From the NCBI GenBank assembly GCA_000002435.2, contig CM018793.1: a stretch of DNA of 64,000 nucleotides. One strand, given 5' to 3'. Position numbers and translations under genes: made by a program. This document shows, piece by piece, positions 38,344 to 47,661 of the stretch; the first letter of the stretch is position 1, and the number at the start of each line of letters is the position of its first letter. A model generated the notes under the pieces. The model did not search any database and was not told the origin of the DNA. It worked only from the letters and a program-made list of their open reading frames with translations. The DNA is from Giardia intestinalis (taxonomy: Eukaryota).

Positions 38344-39867
38344 ATGGCATGCAACGAACGCGGAGGGTCGCGAGCAGGCAGTTCTAGTCAAGAGGATGCC
38401 TCTTCTGTACCTCACTCCACAAGGGATTCATTCTGGACGCCCCTTATGCGTGCTGCTGCGGAAGGAAATGCTGGGACCGTCCGGATGCTGCTTGAAGCGG
38501 AAGTCCGTACCGGCCGGCGCAATAGACAGGGGATGACGGCCCTCATGCACGCGGCCCAGCGGGGACACGTTGATCCTATTAGGCTGCTTTTTGAGAAGGA
38601 GGGTGGCATCAAAGACAAGAACGGTTGGACCGCGCTTATGCACGCAGCGTACAACAATCACCCTGAGGTGGTTGAAATTCTCGTCCCTCACGATCGTGGG
38701 GAGAAGGACAAGAACGGCCGCACTGCTCTGATGATGGCCGCAGAGAGGGGCCACACAGAGATCGCCTCCTTCTTGGCCCTACACGAGGGGGGCCTGGCCG
38801 ACAGCAGAGGCCGCACGGCCCTGATGATCGCCGCACAGAAGGGGAATCTTGAGATTGTCAGGGCCCTTGTCGAGCACGAGAGGGGCCTGAAGGATAACAA
38901 CGGCTGCACGGCTCTTTCCTGTGCAGCCCGAGCCGGCCACCGCGATGTCGCAATGCTCCTCATGGCACACGAGAAGGACTTTATGGAGTGGACGATGCTC
39001 ATGTGTGCCGCGGCCCTCGGAGACACGGACCTGGCATTCCGGCACCTCGATGAGAAGGGCCAGAGGGACAAGCGGGGCCAGACAGCCCTCATCATCGCCG
39101 CCCAGAATGGAAGGGACGAGGCTGTGGAGCTCCCAATAGGGTACGAGAGCGATGTATCAGGATGGACAGACCTTATCTACTCTGCATACCTCGGGGACAC
39201 GGATGAAGTCAAGGAAAACATTCACGAGAAGGGACGCACTGATATCATTGGGATGTCTGCTCTCATGTGGGCTGCACACCAGGGCCACAAGGAAGTAGTG
39301 GAGTTCCTCCTCGAGCACGAGAGGGGCCTGAAGGACAGAGCTGGGAAAACAGCCCTCATGCATGCTGTTTCTGCATTCAGTGATACTTTCGATGGACGAG
39401 CGGTTCCGACTGATGCGTCAATGGGTACCGGCCGCGGTAGTGTGGTTTCAGAGCGTTATGAGGATCGCCTACAGTGTATCGAGCTACTTGGGGAGCATGA
39501 AGCGCGTATGCGGGATAACAGTAGGAGGACAGCCCTTATGATAGCAGCGGAGTGTGGCCACGGGGGATACGTCAAGAAACTTCTAGATAAGGAGAGGGGC
39601 ATGAGTGATAGTAATGGATGGACTGCCCTCATGAGGGAAGCATCCAATGGCCACACAGAGATAGCAAGGCTCCTGGTGGAGAAGGAGGGGGGCATGAATA
39701 ATGGTAGTGGATGGACAGCACTCATGTTGGCAGCACGGAATGGCCACACAGAGGTGGCGAGGCTCCTACTAGAGAAGGAGAAGGACATGAAGAGTAAGTG
39801 GGGTAATACTGCCCTCAGTATAGTCAAGGGGTATAACCACCCCTCTATCATCTCTCTCCTCTCATAG
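38344..39867 (+). CDS. Ankyrin-repeat protein (protein 21.1 type)
   Basis: More than 12 tandem ankyrin modules (GMTALMHAAQRGH, GWTALMHAAYNNH, GRTALMMAAERGH, GRTALMIAAQKGN ...). ATG follows aggaaaaataaaggATG. Confidence 0.85.
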   Translation: MACNERGGSRAGSSSQEDASSVPHSTRDSFWTPLMRAAAEGNAGTVRMLLEAEVRTGRRNRQGMTALMHAAQRGHVDPIRLLFEKEGGIKDKNGWTALMHAAYNNHPEVVEILVPHDRGEKDKNGRTALMMAAERGHTEIASFLALHEGGLADSRGRTALMIAAQKGNLEIVRALVEHERGLKDNNGCTALSCAARAGHRDVAMLLMAHEKDFMEWTMLMCAAALGDTDLAFRHLDEKGQRDKRGQTALIIAAQNGRDEAVELPIGYESDVSGWTDLIYSAYLGDTDEVKENIHEKGRTDIIGMSALMWAAHQGHKEVVEFLLEHERGLKDRAGKTALMHAVSAFSDTFDGRAVPTDASMGTGRGSVVSERYEDRLQCIELLGEHEARMRDNSRRTALMIAAECGHGGYVKKLLDKERGMSDSNGWTALMREASNGHTEIARLLVEKEGGMNNGSGWTALMLAARNGHTEVARLLLEKEKDMKSKWGNTALSIVKGYNHPSIISLLS

Positions 39868-39874
39868 AGTAAAC
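39868..39874 (+). terminator. Polyadenylation signal AGTAAAC directly after the ankyrin gene stop codon
   Basis: tcaTAGAGTAAACagg: the AGTRAAY consensus immediately 3' of the stop. Confidence 0.5.
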
Positions 39875-41225
39875 AGGACCCCGCCCCGGCCTCGCGGCCC
39901 GACATCTTGTTTACTCTCTCCGTTTCACCGAGGTGGGGTTGCCATCTGCCACCTGAGCAATCCCCTCCATGCGAGCCACCGCCACTCTGGGTAGGCGGGT
40001 CCCTCTCGCCCTCGCACCAGCTGAGATCTAGAGTCCAGAGTCTAGAAACCAAAATCTGAGAATATGAGCTCAGATGTCAAGCGATTCCGGTGGGAGAAGA
40101 AGAAGAAACTTCACTCTATCCACTGGGAGTCTCTGTCGCTCTTCGCGGTGCCTTCCGAGGCTCTCCCATCTTCTGGCCTTTCGGGTCAGCTGTCGTCTGA
40201 TATCTAGTGAGCACCCGTTGTCTCGGGCTTTTCCGTCAGCCACAGCAGTCTGGCCTCAGAAGCAATTGACCCTGACCATGTACTCCAGAGTCGCCTTGGT
40301 GCTGGTACTCCATGATGAAGATCGCACGCCACGAACCTCAGGTGTCGATCCTTAGGTCCCTGAGGTGCTCCCTTGTCTTCTCGTGGAGGGTGCCGTCAGT
40401 CCCGAGTATGATCGGGAGGGTGCTCCCCGTATGCCTCTATCTTAGAGTGGTAGTACGAGCTCATGGATGCCGGCTGAACCACTCCTATGTCGACGGCCTG
40501 GCTGGTGTCTGGAAGGAAGAGGCCCGGCTCTGGTTCGCCTTGTCATGGTCAACCCATACCTTCTGCTCATGGACCACAGTGCACCTCTTCTTCGACACTG
40601 TGTGGTCATCCAACACGAGATCGCGTCGAGGCATCACTTTATGCAGTGTGTCTGGCTCAGTGACGATGTGGTCTGCGTCCATCCTCGCACAGCACACTTA
40701 GAGGTGATGCTTTGGTCTGTTGAGGCGTCGGTCCAGGGTCACATCTTTCCGAGGGGTATCATCTGCAGCATCAGGAGCGATCAGGATCGGTTCACCAAGG
40801 TTGTGTCGCTCTATGATGACATCTCATCTATATCAAGGATATGTGGCTGTTTGTGATGATGAACTCCAAAGCACCAGTATTCTTCAGTGTAACTAGATTC
40901 AATGTACTTCTCAAGACTTGAACCAGATATCCCAGCAAGAGCTTCTCCAACCTGCTTATCAAAGGATTCATAGTAGTCATGTGGTGAGTCCATGTCAATC
41001 AGCAGTGTGTAGTTAGTCACTGGACGATGATCTTAACCAGCGTGAGACCCGCCCAGTGCTGCAACGACTCACACGAGAGAATGTACCCAAACAGCAGCTA
41101 TCAAACTGACCTCAATGAAGTAGAGTAAATCTTCCTCTTCCGAATAACGCCTCCGTTAAAAAATGAAATGTAAGATGTGATGGCACAAATGATGGACATT
41201 AAATTGAAATACCTCCATAAAAATC

Positions 41226-41594
41226 ATGGACCCAAACTCCCTGGCAAGCTCCTTTGTGCAGCACTACTACTCCAACTTCTGCAACCAGGCGACACGTGCT
41301 AACGTCCTGTCGCTTTACAGCCCCACAGCGCAGATGATTTTCAACGGAACACATTGCCGGGGAATCGAGGCCATCCAGCAACAGCTCGAGCGCATGAGCT
41401 TCAAAACCGTCAATATTCCTAATCCTACTATTTCTGCGATGGATCTCGGGGGACGATACTTGGTGAAAGTGTCCGGCCTTTTGAGCATCGACGACTCCAA
41501 TCAGCCTATAGGCTTTGCCCACGTCTTTGTCCTGGGCTCCAACAACGGCTCATTCTATATAGAGGGCGAAATCTTTTCCTTCGCTATAAATTAA
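41226..41594 (+). CDS. NTF2: Nuclear transport factor 2 (NTF2)
   Basis: 122-aa protein MDPNSLASSFVQHYYSNFCNQATRANVLSLYSPTAQMIFNGTHCRGIEAIQQQLERMSFKTVNIPNPTISAMDLGGRYLVKVSGLLSIDDSNQPIGFAHVFVLGSNNGSFYIEGEIFSFAIN is colinear with NTF2. Confidence 0.85.
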   Translation: MDPNSLASSFVQHYYSNFCNQATRANVLSLYSPTAQMIFNGTHCRGIEAIQQQLERMSFKTVNIPNPTISAMDLGGRYLVKVSGLLSIDDSNQPIGFAHVFVLGSNNGSFYIEGEIFSFAIN

Positions 41595-41663
41595 TGATTG
41601 GTGTCGGCAAAAAGTAAGTAAAGAGCAAAACTAAATTTTGGGCTTTTCGGCGACGCCTACTCC

Positions 41664-44324
41664 ATGGCCTCTTTAAAGACCGTCCCCGAGCTGGCTGTCG
41701 CGACCGGCTTACCTCCTTCACTTGTCTTTAACTCCGTTGCGGGATACCAAACAGACCCTCTGATCAAGGATCACCTTGCAGACAAGTCGACTTTGTTGCA
41801 GACAGATGCATTTTGTAGTGTCATTTTGGCTGATAAGGCCCTCAAGATAGAGTACAAAGAGCTGAGAGCCAGCCACTTCGTGGGGGTGCCTCTCTCAGAC
41901 CTATTCACCATGGCTCTTAATCCTCACATACCCCAAGATAAGAGAACGGAGATGTCTCTGGTGCCCGGCATGCCATCATACGCTATCTTTAGTTCCATTG
42001 ACGGAAAGCGTCTCACTCATCGTGCCAATCAAAAGGATCTTCTACTTCGCCAGCCTGTCCCAAAGCTCGCTGTTCACTTTCATCCAAACACATATCTTCC
42101 GGTTTATCGAAAATCTGACCAAATGCATACATCCCATATCAATTTGAATTATCTTAACTTTCGGTCCGCACCCTTCAACGTCCTCCCCCTTTTTGATTTC
42201 CAGGCATTCGTGCATCCAATTCTTCTTTTTGCTGATCAATTCAACTACTATGTTGCCTTTAATGAAGACTTTGCGACCTACTACGACATGTGCGTACACC
42301 AGATTGACATCCCCTGTCTCACGGATCCCATCTGTGTTCCCGAGATGGACGACGATACGATAGTGATTGACTGTTCAAAGGTGGGACGGTTAATCAGCAG
42401 GCTTTATACCAAAGGGTTCTCCATTTACAAGGACTATAAATGGGAGCGTTTCTGTGACATTATTACAGTTTTTCACTACGTTAATGGGATCGTGGACGCT
42501 CTACCAGAATACTTTCCTGCACATACTACCCAGGTGGATCAAGAGACGGCTGCACGTATTCAGAATCTTGCTGCGTCGACCTCTCATATGGCTTTGATCA
42601 TTGAGGACGGAGAGGATCCCCTGGAGATGGTCTCTATTCTGCAAGAGGCGTTTGGTGCACAGCTTCGATTCAAACCGGACTTTTATCTCTCCGACTCTAT
42701 ACTCGGCTCGGAGGATCTTGTCAGCTTTCTGCTGCCCGATATGGTGTACAACCCGCTTACTAATGAATATCTTTATTTACCAGAATTAATTGGGTCAGAG
42801 GACGGAGTTGTACTGGAAGACAGCGCCCCTACCAACCTTATCTTATCCCAGATATCTAGGAACCCTGATTCGTGGCGGTCGAATAGTCTCGTCAACATAA
42901 CCCGGATATGTCCACTATTCCTTGCACATATAACTGGAATAAGTGAAGGTGCTACTCTAGGGCCAGCGGACACTGGTTCCGGTTCAATCCTGGATCGAAT
43001 ACGGCGCGATTGTACTGATAATAGCACACAACTGATGTCAGAGATAAGAGAGAAGTTATTTGGTTTTTCAGAGAGACGATGGAACGCTTTGAAGACTGAG
43101 GTGAAGCAAGCGTGGATGATGCCTAATAGATCCAGTGCCTTAGCGTCTCTAAACCTAAAAGCATTCTCCACAGCCGCTTCTGTTCTCACCAAGGATTATG
43201 TACGTGTTTTGAATTGGTGCCCAGGCTGTCATGCACAGGAGCTGATCCCATCTTTTCTTGCATCCCAAAAGAATGCGCGTTCGAGCTGGCTTGCACTTCG
43301 CACACGATCTTTTGCTAAGTACCTCCTAGAGGTATCACCAGATGTGGTTGCTTTCCAAAGGTCGGACTTCGCTGAGTTTCTTGACGCATATTTGTATGAA
43401 AATGAGGTATCCAAGTACGTCTTTATCCACACCAGAGTATGCCCCCAGTGGCCATTTGTTACACTGGACAAGTCATATGTGGCGACCTTTTTCTCTGCAG
43501 ACCTGGGGAAGTCCGTCAGAAACACCCAGAAGTGCCCATTCGATGGCCACTACACCACTGAAACCTCTACCATAGCATTTAACAGCGAAAAGTACGAACT
43601 TATTTCTTACGATAACATATACCTTAGCAACGTGCTTTCCATGTCCTGGTTGAACGAGGCTTCACCGGCCATATGGAAACGCTTTCTTTCGGAGAACACT
43701 GCCACTATTTGTTTGGTTAAGCACAAAAAGCTAGAAAGCACCTACCTTGTTGTTTTGAATGTCGCTTGCACTAGAGATTCAGACCCTGTCACCACCATCC
43801 AGGTTCTCTACTCAGAGTACTACTTTTACCGGTTTATTCAGAAGCAGGTTGCTGATGGACGAGTCAACTTGGCCCGAGATAGCGTTCTGTATGTCATGGC
43901 CGGACAAATCTGTGGAGGCGTCGAGGAGCCTTCATACCGCATGCTGACGGGAGGGAACAGATGGACATCAACCGGTAATGAATTGGTGTCATTGGAAGCT
44001 TCATATAACATGGTCAGGCAGGCTCTGAAGCGTTATGATGAGCAGCATCAGCAATCAGTAGAAGGAGCTGATATGCTCCCCACTGACAGAAGCTATGAGT
44101 CTCTGTTTGCAGCTATTGTCCACGAAAAAGACCTCTTGGATCTTATTTGTCGAAATAGCAATTTGGTACGTACCTGGATCCCCGTTTATTACGATGATGC
44201 GCAGACTAGCGCTGGACCAGAGGCTAGTGTAATGTGGGATAGCGAAAGCTACAACTTTTACCTTGCTGCTGCAGAGGAGGATCGAGTCGCGTCGGCCAAG
44301 CTAGCGGTCTTCGGAGTACTTTAA
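41664..44324 (+). CDS. Hypothetical protein (886 aa)
   Basis: Long ATG-initiated ORF with compact flanks. No motif recognisable by eye. Confidence 0.45.
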   Translation: MASLKTVPELAVATGLPPSLVFNSVAGYQTDPLIKDHLADKSTLLQTDAFCSVILADKALKIEYKELRASHFVGVPLSDLFTMALNPHIPQDKRTEMSLVPGMPSYAIFSSIDGKRLTHRANQKDLLLRQPVPKLAVHFHPNTYLPVYRKSDQMHTSHINLNYLNFRSAPFNVLPLFDFQAFVHPILLFADQFNYYVAFNEDFATYYDMCVHQIDIPCLTDPICVPEMDDDTIVIDCSKVGRLISRLYTKGFSIYKDYKWERFCDIITVFHYVNGIVDALPEYFPAHTTQVDQETAARIQNLAASTSHMALIIEDGEDPLEMVSILQEAFGAQLRFKPDFYLSDSILGSEDLVSFLLPDMVYNPLTNEYLYLPELIGSEDGVVLEDSAPTNLILSQISRNPDSWRSNSLVNITRICPLFLAHITGISEGATLGPADTGSGSILDRIRRDCTDNSTQLMSEIREKLFGFSERRWNALKTEVKQAWMMPNRSSALASLNLKAFSTAASVLTKDYVRVLNWCPGCHAQELIPSFLASQKNARSSWLALRTRSFAKYLLEVSPDVVAFQRSDFAEFLDAYLYENEVSKYVFIHTRVCPQWPFVTLDKSYVATFFSADLGKSVRNTQKCPFDGHYTTETSTIAFNSEKYELISYDNIYLSNVLSMSWLNEASPAIWKRFLSENTATICLVKHKKLESTYLVVLNVACTRDSDPVTTIQVLYSEYYFYRFIQKQVADGRVNLARDSVLYVMAGQICGGVEEPSYRMLTGGNRWTSTGNELVSLEASYNMVRQALKRYDEQHQQSVEGADMLPTDRSYESLFAAIVHEKDLLDLICRNSNLVRTWIPVYYDDAQTSAGPEASVMWDSESYNFYLAAAEEDRVASAKLAVFGVL

Positions 44325-44462
44325 AGACTCCGATAATACCTATTTAAAACTGCTTTATGAAACCCTACAGCAACCGTATGACGACCAATCTCTTGCAAAA
44401 AACCCTGTGCTTGAGTGTAAACATAGCTTTGATTTCAAGCCCTTCCTCAGTCAAGAAAATTA

Positions 44463-45785
44463 ATGATAATCATACCAGAAATAGATGGGACAGATCCTCG
44501 GATAATCGACATAATGAAAGGGCTGGCAGCACAGCTGGAGGATCTGTACACTTATAACGAATATACCTTCCTGTCTAACGCAGATCAAAAGCAAAAGCAG
44601 CTGGAAGAGAGAGTTTCAAGTTTAGTTGAGTCCACAAAGGAAAAGCTGAGCGAAAGTCAGCTTTCTCCTACCTACAGAGCATACTTCTGGCTTATCATTG
44701 GGATAGCATACAATGTCTACGACATTTATCACGATCAGGCCGCCACTTGCTTCCATACGTCCTTACGATTTGACCCCACCATCCCTGAGACATATCTGCA
44801 GCACGGCATAAGCAGCATCAAAGCAGGGGCATGGCGGAGATCTGAACTTATGTTGGCGAAAGCAAGGTCCATGCTTCCCGGAGACGAGAGACCGCTGGTG
44901 AACCTGTCCCTACTCTTTAGACTGCGTCCCCAAGACCTTTACCCAGACTCCTTAGCACGGGCTGTCATGATGGGGCGGAGCGCTGTACAGATTAACCCTA
45001 ACAGCTGTCAAGCCTGGTTTGCTCTGGGGATGTCCACGCTTCGTCTCGCAGCAGATAGTAATAGTTCTAATTTCAGCAGGGCGTCCTGTGCACTTAGACG
45101 TGCCATTCAGATAAGAGAAAGCCAGGACCTCCCTTTTCCAGATGCTCGGTTTAATCTGGCTATGTTAGCTCGATTAACCTTGGACCTACAGACCGCGTGG
45201 ACGCAGTTTCATACAGCTAGCATAGAAGACCCTGGCCTCAAGCAGGCGGTAGAGGGCTATACTGAGATAGAAGCCCTCCTTTCTAGCATTACTTTGCGGT
45301 TGGGTGAGAGTGCAGTATCATTCAAAGAACCTGGATTTAAGGCGTCCAAAGACGTTCTAGGACTTGACGAGCTGGCTGTCGGGACATCCGAAGGAACGTT
45401 ACAGGTGCGCATATGTTCACTTATTGGTCAGGGGATCCCACAATTCTATCTGATTGAAAACAGCTGTGATGCATGTGAAGCAGAAGGAGACGAGAGCAAA
45501 AATCAGGAGCTCGGGGGCAAATCGGCAGCACAGCAACCAAGATCCATCCTGGCCCTTCACCAGGTCTCATCGGAGCTGGCTGCAGGGGTGACCATCTGCA
45601 TAGCAAAGCCTACAGCTGCAAATCTAAAGGTCAAGACGACTAAGAACACATTTCAATTCCCCATAGTCACGTCTCAAGATGAGCTAGTGCGATGCATACA
45701 TATAGTGAAGGGAAGAGACCGCGTACCGGTGACAGAGAAGAATGTGTTCGGTCACAAGATAACATCACAGATAGGGGGACGGTAG
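44463..45785 (+). CDS. TPR-like repeat protein (possibly TTC5-like, with C-terminal beta-rich domain)
   Basis: Helical-hairpin repeats (AYFWLIIGIAYNVYDIYHDQAATCFHTSLRFDP..., AWFALGMSTLRLAADSN..., RFNLAMLARLTLDLQTA). Non-repeat C-terminal about 120 aa. ATG after caagaaaattaATG. Confidence 0.4.
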   Translation: MIIIPEIDGTDPRIIDIMKGLAAQLEDLYTYNEYTFLSNADQKQKQLEERVSSLVESTKEKLSESQLSPTYRAYFWLIIGIAYNVYDIYHDQAATCFHTSLRFDPTIPETYLQHGISSIKAGAWRRSELMLAKARSMLPGDERPLVNLSLLFRLRPQDLYPDSLARAVMMGRSAVQINPNSCQAWFALGMSTLRLAADSNSSNFSRASCALRRAIQIRESQDLPFPDARFNLAMLARLTLDLQTAWTQFHTASIEDPGLKQAVEGYTEIEALLSSITLRLGESAVSFKEPGFKASKDVLGLDELAVGTSEGTLQVRICSLIGQGIPQFYLIENSCDACEAEGDESKNQELGGKSAAQQPRSILALHQVSSELAAGVTICIAKPTAANLKVKTTKNTFQFPIVTSQDELVRCIHIVKGRDRVPVTEKNVFGHKITSQIGGR

Positions 45786-45788
45786 AGC

Positions 45789-46226
45789 TCACTTTGCGGC
45801 GGCCCCCTGAACAGTCACCATGATCTCCCTGTCTCCCCCAAAGTGTCTGTACTCCAGTAAATATACCCCCTGCCACGTTCCTAGAGCAAGGGTGCCACCA
45901 GAGATGGGGATAGTCAGGGAGCATCCGGCAAGGGTGGACAGGGCGTGGGCAGGCATGTCGTCGTCTCCTTCGTAGTTATGCCGATAGTTGGAGGAGTCAG
46001 GGACCAGGTTATGCATGATAGCATTCATGTCTTCTCGTACAGTTGGATCTGCGTTCTCATTTATCGACAGAGAGGCGCTGGTGTGCATTAGAAAAAGGAA
46101 GCATACTCCGGTGCGAACGCTTTGTATAAGATCTCGAGCCTGGGCCATGATCTCCGCCGTCACTAGGTACACCCCACGCTTGCGCCCCTTGAGGACGATC
46201 TTCTTCTGGTGGCACGCATATTGCAT
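45789..46226 (-). CDS. YjbQ/UPF0047 family protein (secondary thiamine-phosphate synthase-like)
   Basis: ...RGVYLVTAEIMAQARDLIQ...GVCFLFLMHTSASLSINENADPTVREDMNAIMHNLVPDSSNYRHNYEGDDDMPAHALSTLAGCSLTIPISGGTLALGTWQGVYLLEYRHFGGDREIMVTVQG aligns essentially residue-for-residue with bacterial YjbQ. The track start is GTG, and the ATG is at MQYACH, after caaaaccaaaaATG. Confidence 0.8.
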   Translation of the reverse strand: MQYACHQKKIVLKGRKRGVYLVTAEIMAQARDLIQSVRTGVCFLFLMHTSASLSINENADPTVREDMNAIMHNLVPDSSNYRHNYEGDDDMPAHALSTLAGCSLTIPISGGTLALGTWQGVYLLEYRHFGGDREIMVTVQGAAAK

Positions 46227-46256
46227 TTTTGGTTTTGCCACGCTTTATAGCTTACC

Positions 46257-46766
46257 TTAGAACTGCCTTTGCCGATCTAGGAGCAAACGTGTGGCCAGTT
46301 CCCTGATGAACGTATTGCGCTCCTGGATCAGTTGCTCTTTCCTGTCAAGGAGAACGGTAGAACTTTGGAGAGCATTAGATAGGACGCTAATATGCTCTCG
46401 TAGCTCCTCATTCTCAGCTGTCAAAGTAGCAATGGTTCTCTGGGTAACTGTGCGAAGATGCATTGAGTCGCCAGCATCAGGGCTATACTGTGAAGATTCT
46501 AACGAGGTGACAGGCATGACCTGACTCTGACGCAGGCGCAAACTTGAATCTGAGCTGGCGAATTGAGTCGTTCTGGATGGACTACACATGAAAGAGTCTA
46601 AGAGAGAGCTCCTTGTGAGCATACCGTAAAAGGTGCCTGGGGTGCCAGTTGGCGTATTGCTGCAGAGCTTACCCTCAGGACCGTTAGAAAGGCTAAAATC
46701 ACTTTTCGGCAGCTGGAAACCCTGCTCATCTCTTCCATTTACAAGCCTAGATGCGCCAGCGGACAT
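46257..46766 (-). CDS. Hypothetical protein with Ser/Thr-rich N-terminus and C-terminal coiled coil
   Basis: ATG start after gtgaataattatttATG. The C-terminus TIATLTAENEELREHISVLSNALQSSTVLLDRKEQLIQERNTFIRELATRLLLDRQ has heptad periodicity. It lies 6 bp downstream of the CNOT9-like gene stop. Confidence 0.4.
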   Translation of the reverse strand: MSAGASRLVNGRDEQGFQLPKSDFSLSNGPEGKLCSNTPTGTPGTFYGMLTRSSLLDSFMCSPSRTTQFASSDSSLRLRQSQVMPVTSLESSQYSPDAGDSMHLRTVTQRTIATLTAENEELREHISVLSNALQSSTVLLDRKEQLIQERNTFIRELATRLLLDRQRQF

Positions 46767-46772
46767 AAATAA

Positions 46773-47579
46773 TTATTCACTGGAAAGGATTATCTTGAGG
46801 GCATTAGAAATGTCCACATCCAGATCTCTAATTGATCCGGAGAGCCTCCTCAAGCGGTCAAGAACATCTGGGGAATGCCTCATTTTAGTAAGGCCCTTAA
46901 GAGCCGCAATGGTGAGCATAAGCGGACGAACGGAGCTGCGAGGAACCAGCCAATCTTTGCCGTCTTCGGATCGTATCCGTGTAGCAACCTCTATAAGTAA
47001 CTTTGTCAATGCAGTAAGCTTGTCGGGCGGCAGTATCTTTGAAAATTCAGAGGGATTATCGGCTACAGCTGAAACAAGAGAGTGAAGCAGCACACAGCAG
47101 CATTCATAAACCCCCTCAGAGCTTTTCCCAGCCAGCAACGGCAAGATGAGGGGCAAAATTTCTGCCTCAATAAGGTAGCTGGGGCCGCGCTCAAGTTGAG
47201 CAATATTGGCACAGATCAGCAGCACGGACCCCTGCACCGACAAAGGTGTGTGTGGAAGATGGAAGTACGGAAAAAGTGCAACAACGAGGCTGGAATCCAT
47301 GAAAGACTCTGCAACGGCCTTAGACGACGATAAGATAACTAGTAAATCCAAAAGAGATTGAAGCTGTGGAAGGCACTCTGCTGCATCGCCTACTCGCTCC
47401 ATGCTGCGATAGGATTGAGCAATCAAACCAATTATAATGAGCGACAGCCCCGGAACACGCCAAATATCCTCTGGAGTCATCCCTTCCTCCGGTGGGTCCT
47501 TGGATAGAGAAGAAAGAAGGTCCAGGATGGCGCTATCTCGCTTCTGCGGGTCAAATAGCCGTGCCATGAGGGCGTCCAT
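46773..47579 (-). CDS. CNOT9: CCR4-NOT complex subunit 9 (CAF40/Rcd1)-like armadillo protein
   Basis: Colinear similarity to Rcd1: AILDLLSSLSKDPP (ALLELSKKRE), IWRVPGLSLIIIGLIAQSY (LWHSFGTIAALLQEIV), LQSLLDLLVILSSSKAVAESFMDSSLVVALFPYFH ([33 protein letters not shown]), ILPLILPLLAGKSSEGVYECCCVLLHSLV. The track start is TTG (47612), so the start was placed at the first ATG (MDALMARLF). Confidence 0.6.
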   Translation of the reverse strand: MDALMARLFDPQKRDSAILDLLSSLSKDPPEEGMTPEDIWRVPGLSLIIIGLIAQSYRSMERVGDAAECLPQLQSLLDLLVILSSSKAVAESFMDSSLVVALFPYFHLPHTPLSVQGSVLLICANIAQLERGPSYLIEAEILPLILPLLAGKSSEGVYECCCVLLHSLVSAVADNPSEFSKILPPDKLTALTKLLIEVATRIRSEDGKDWLVPRSSVRPLMLTIAALKGLTKMRHSPDVLDRLRRLSGSIRDLDVDISNALKIILSSE

Positions 47580-47661
47580 CAGAGAATAAGCAGAGTTATC
47601 GACTGTTTTCAATTATTGCAGTTTTAATTCATAATCGCTTAGGTTTGTTTCTCGACACGCT

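Noticed and set aside
38412-40052. Several 60-200 aa ORFs on both strands inside the 38344-39867 ankyrin gene (including 39456..40052, 38688..39095, 38428..38754)
   Set aside because: They are alternative or antisense frames of tandem ankyrin repeats. The repeat periodicity suppresses stop codons, and none has independent support.
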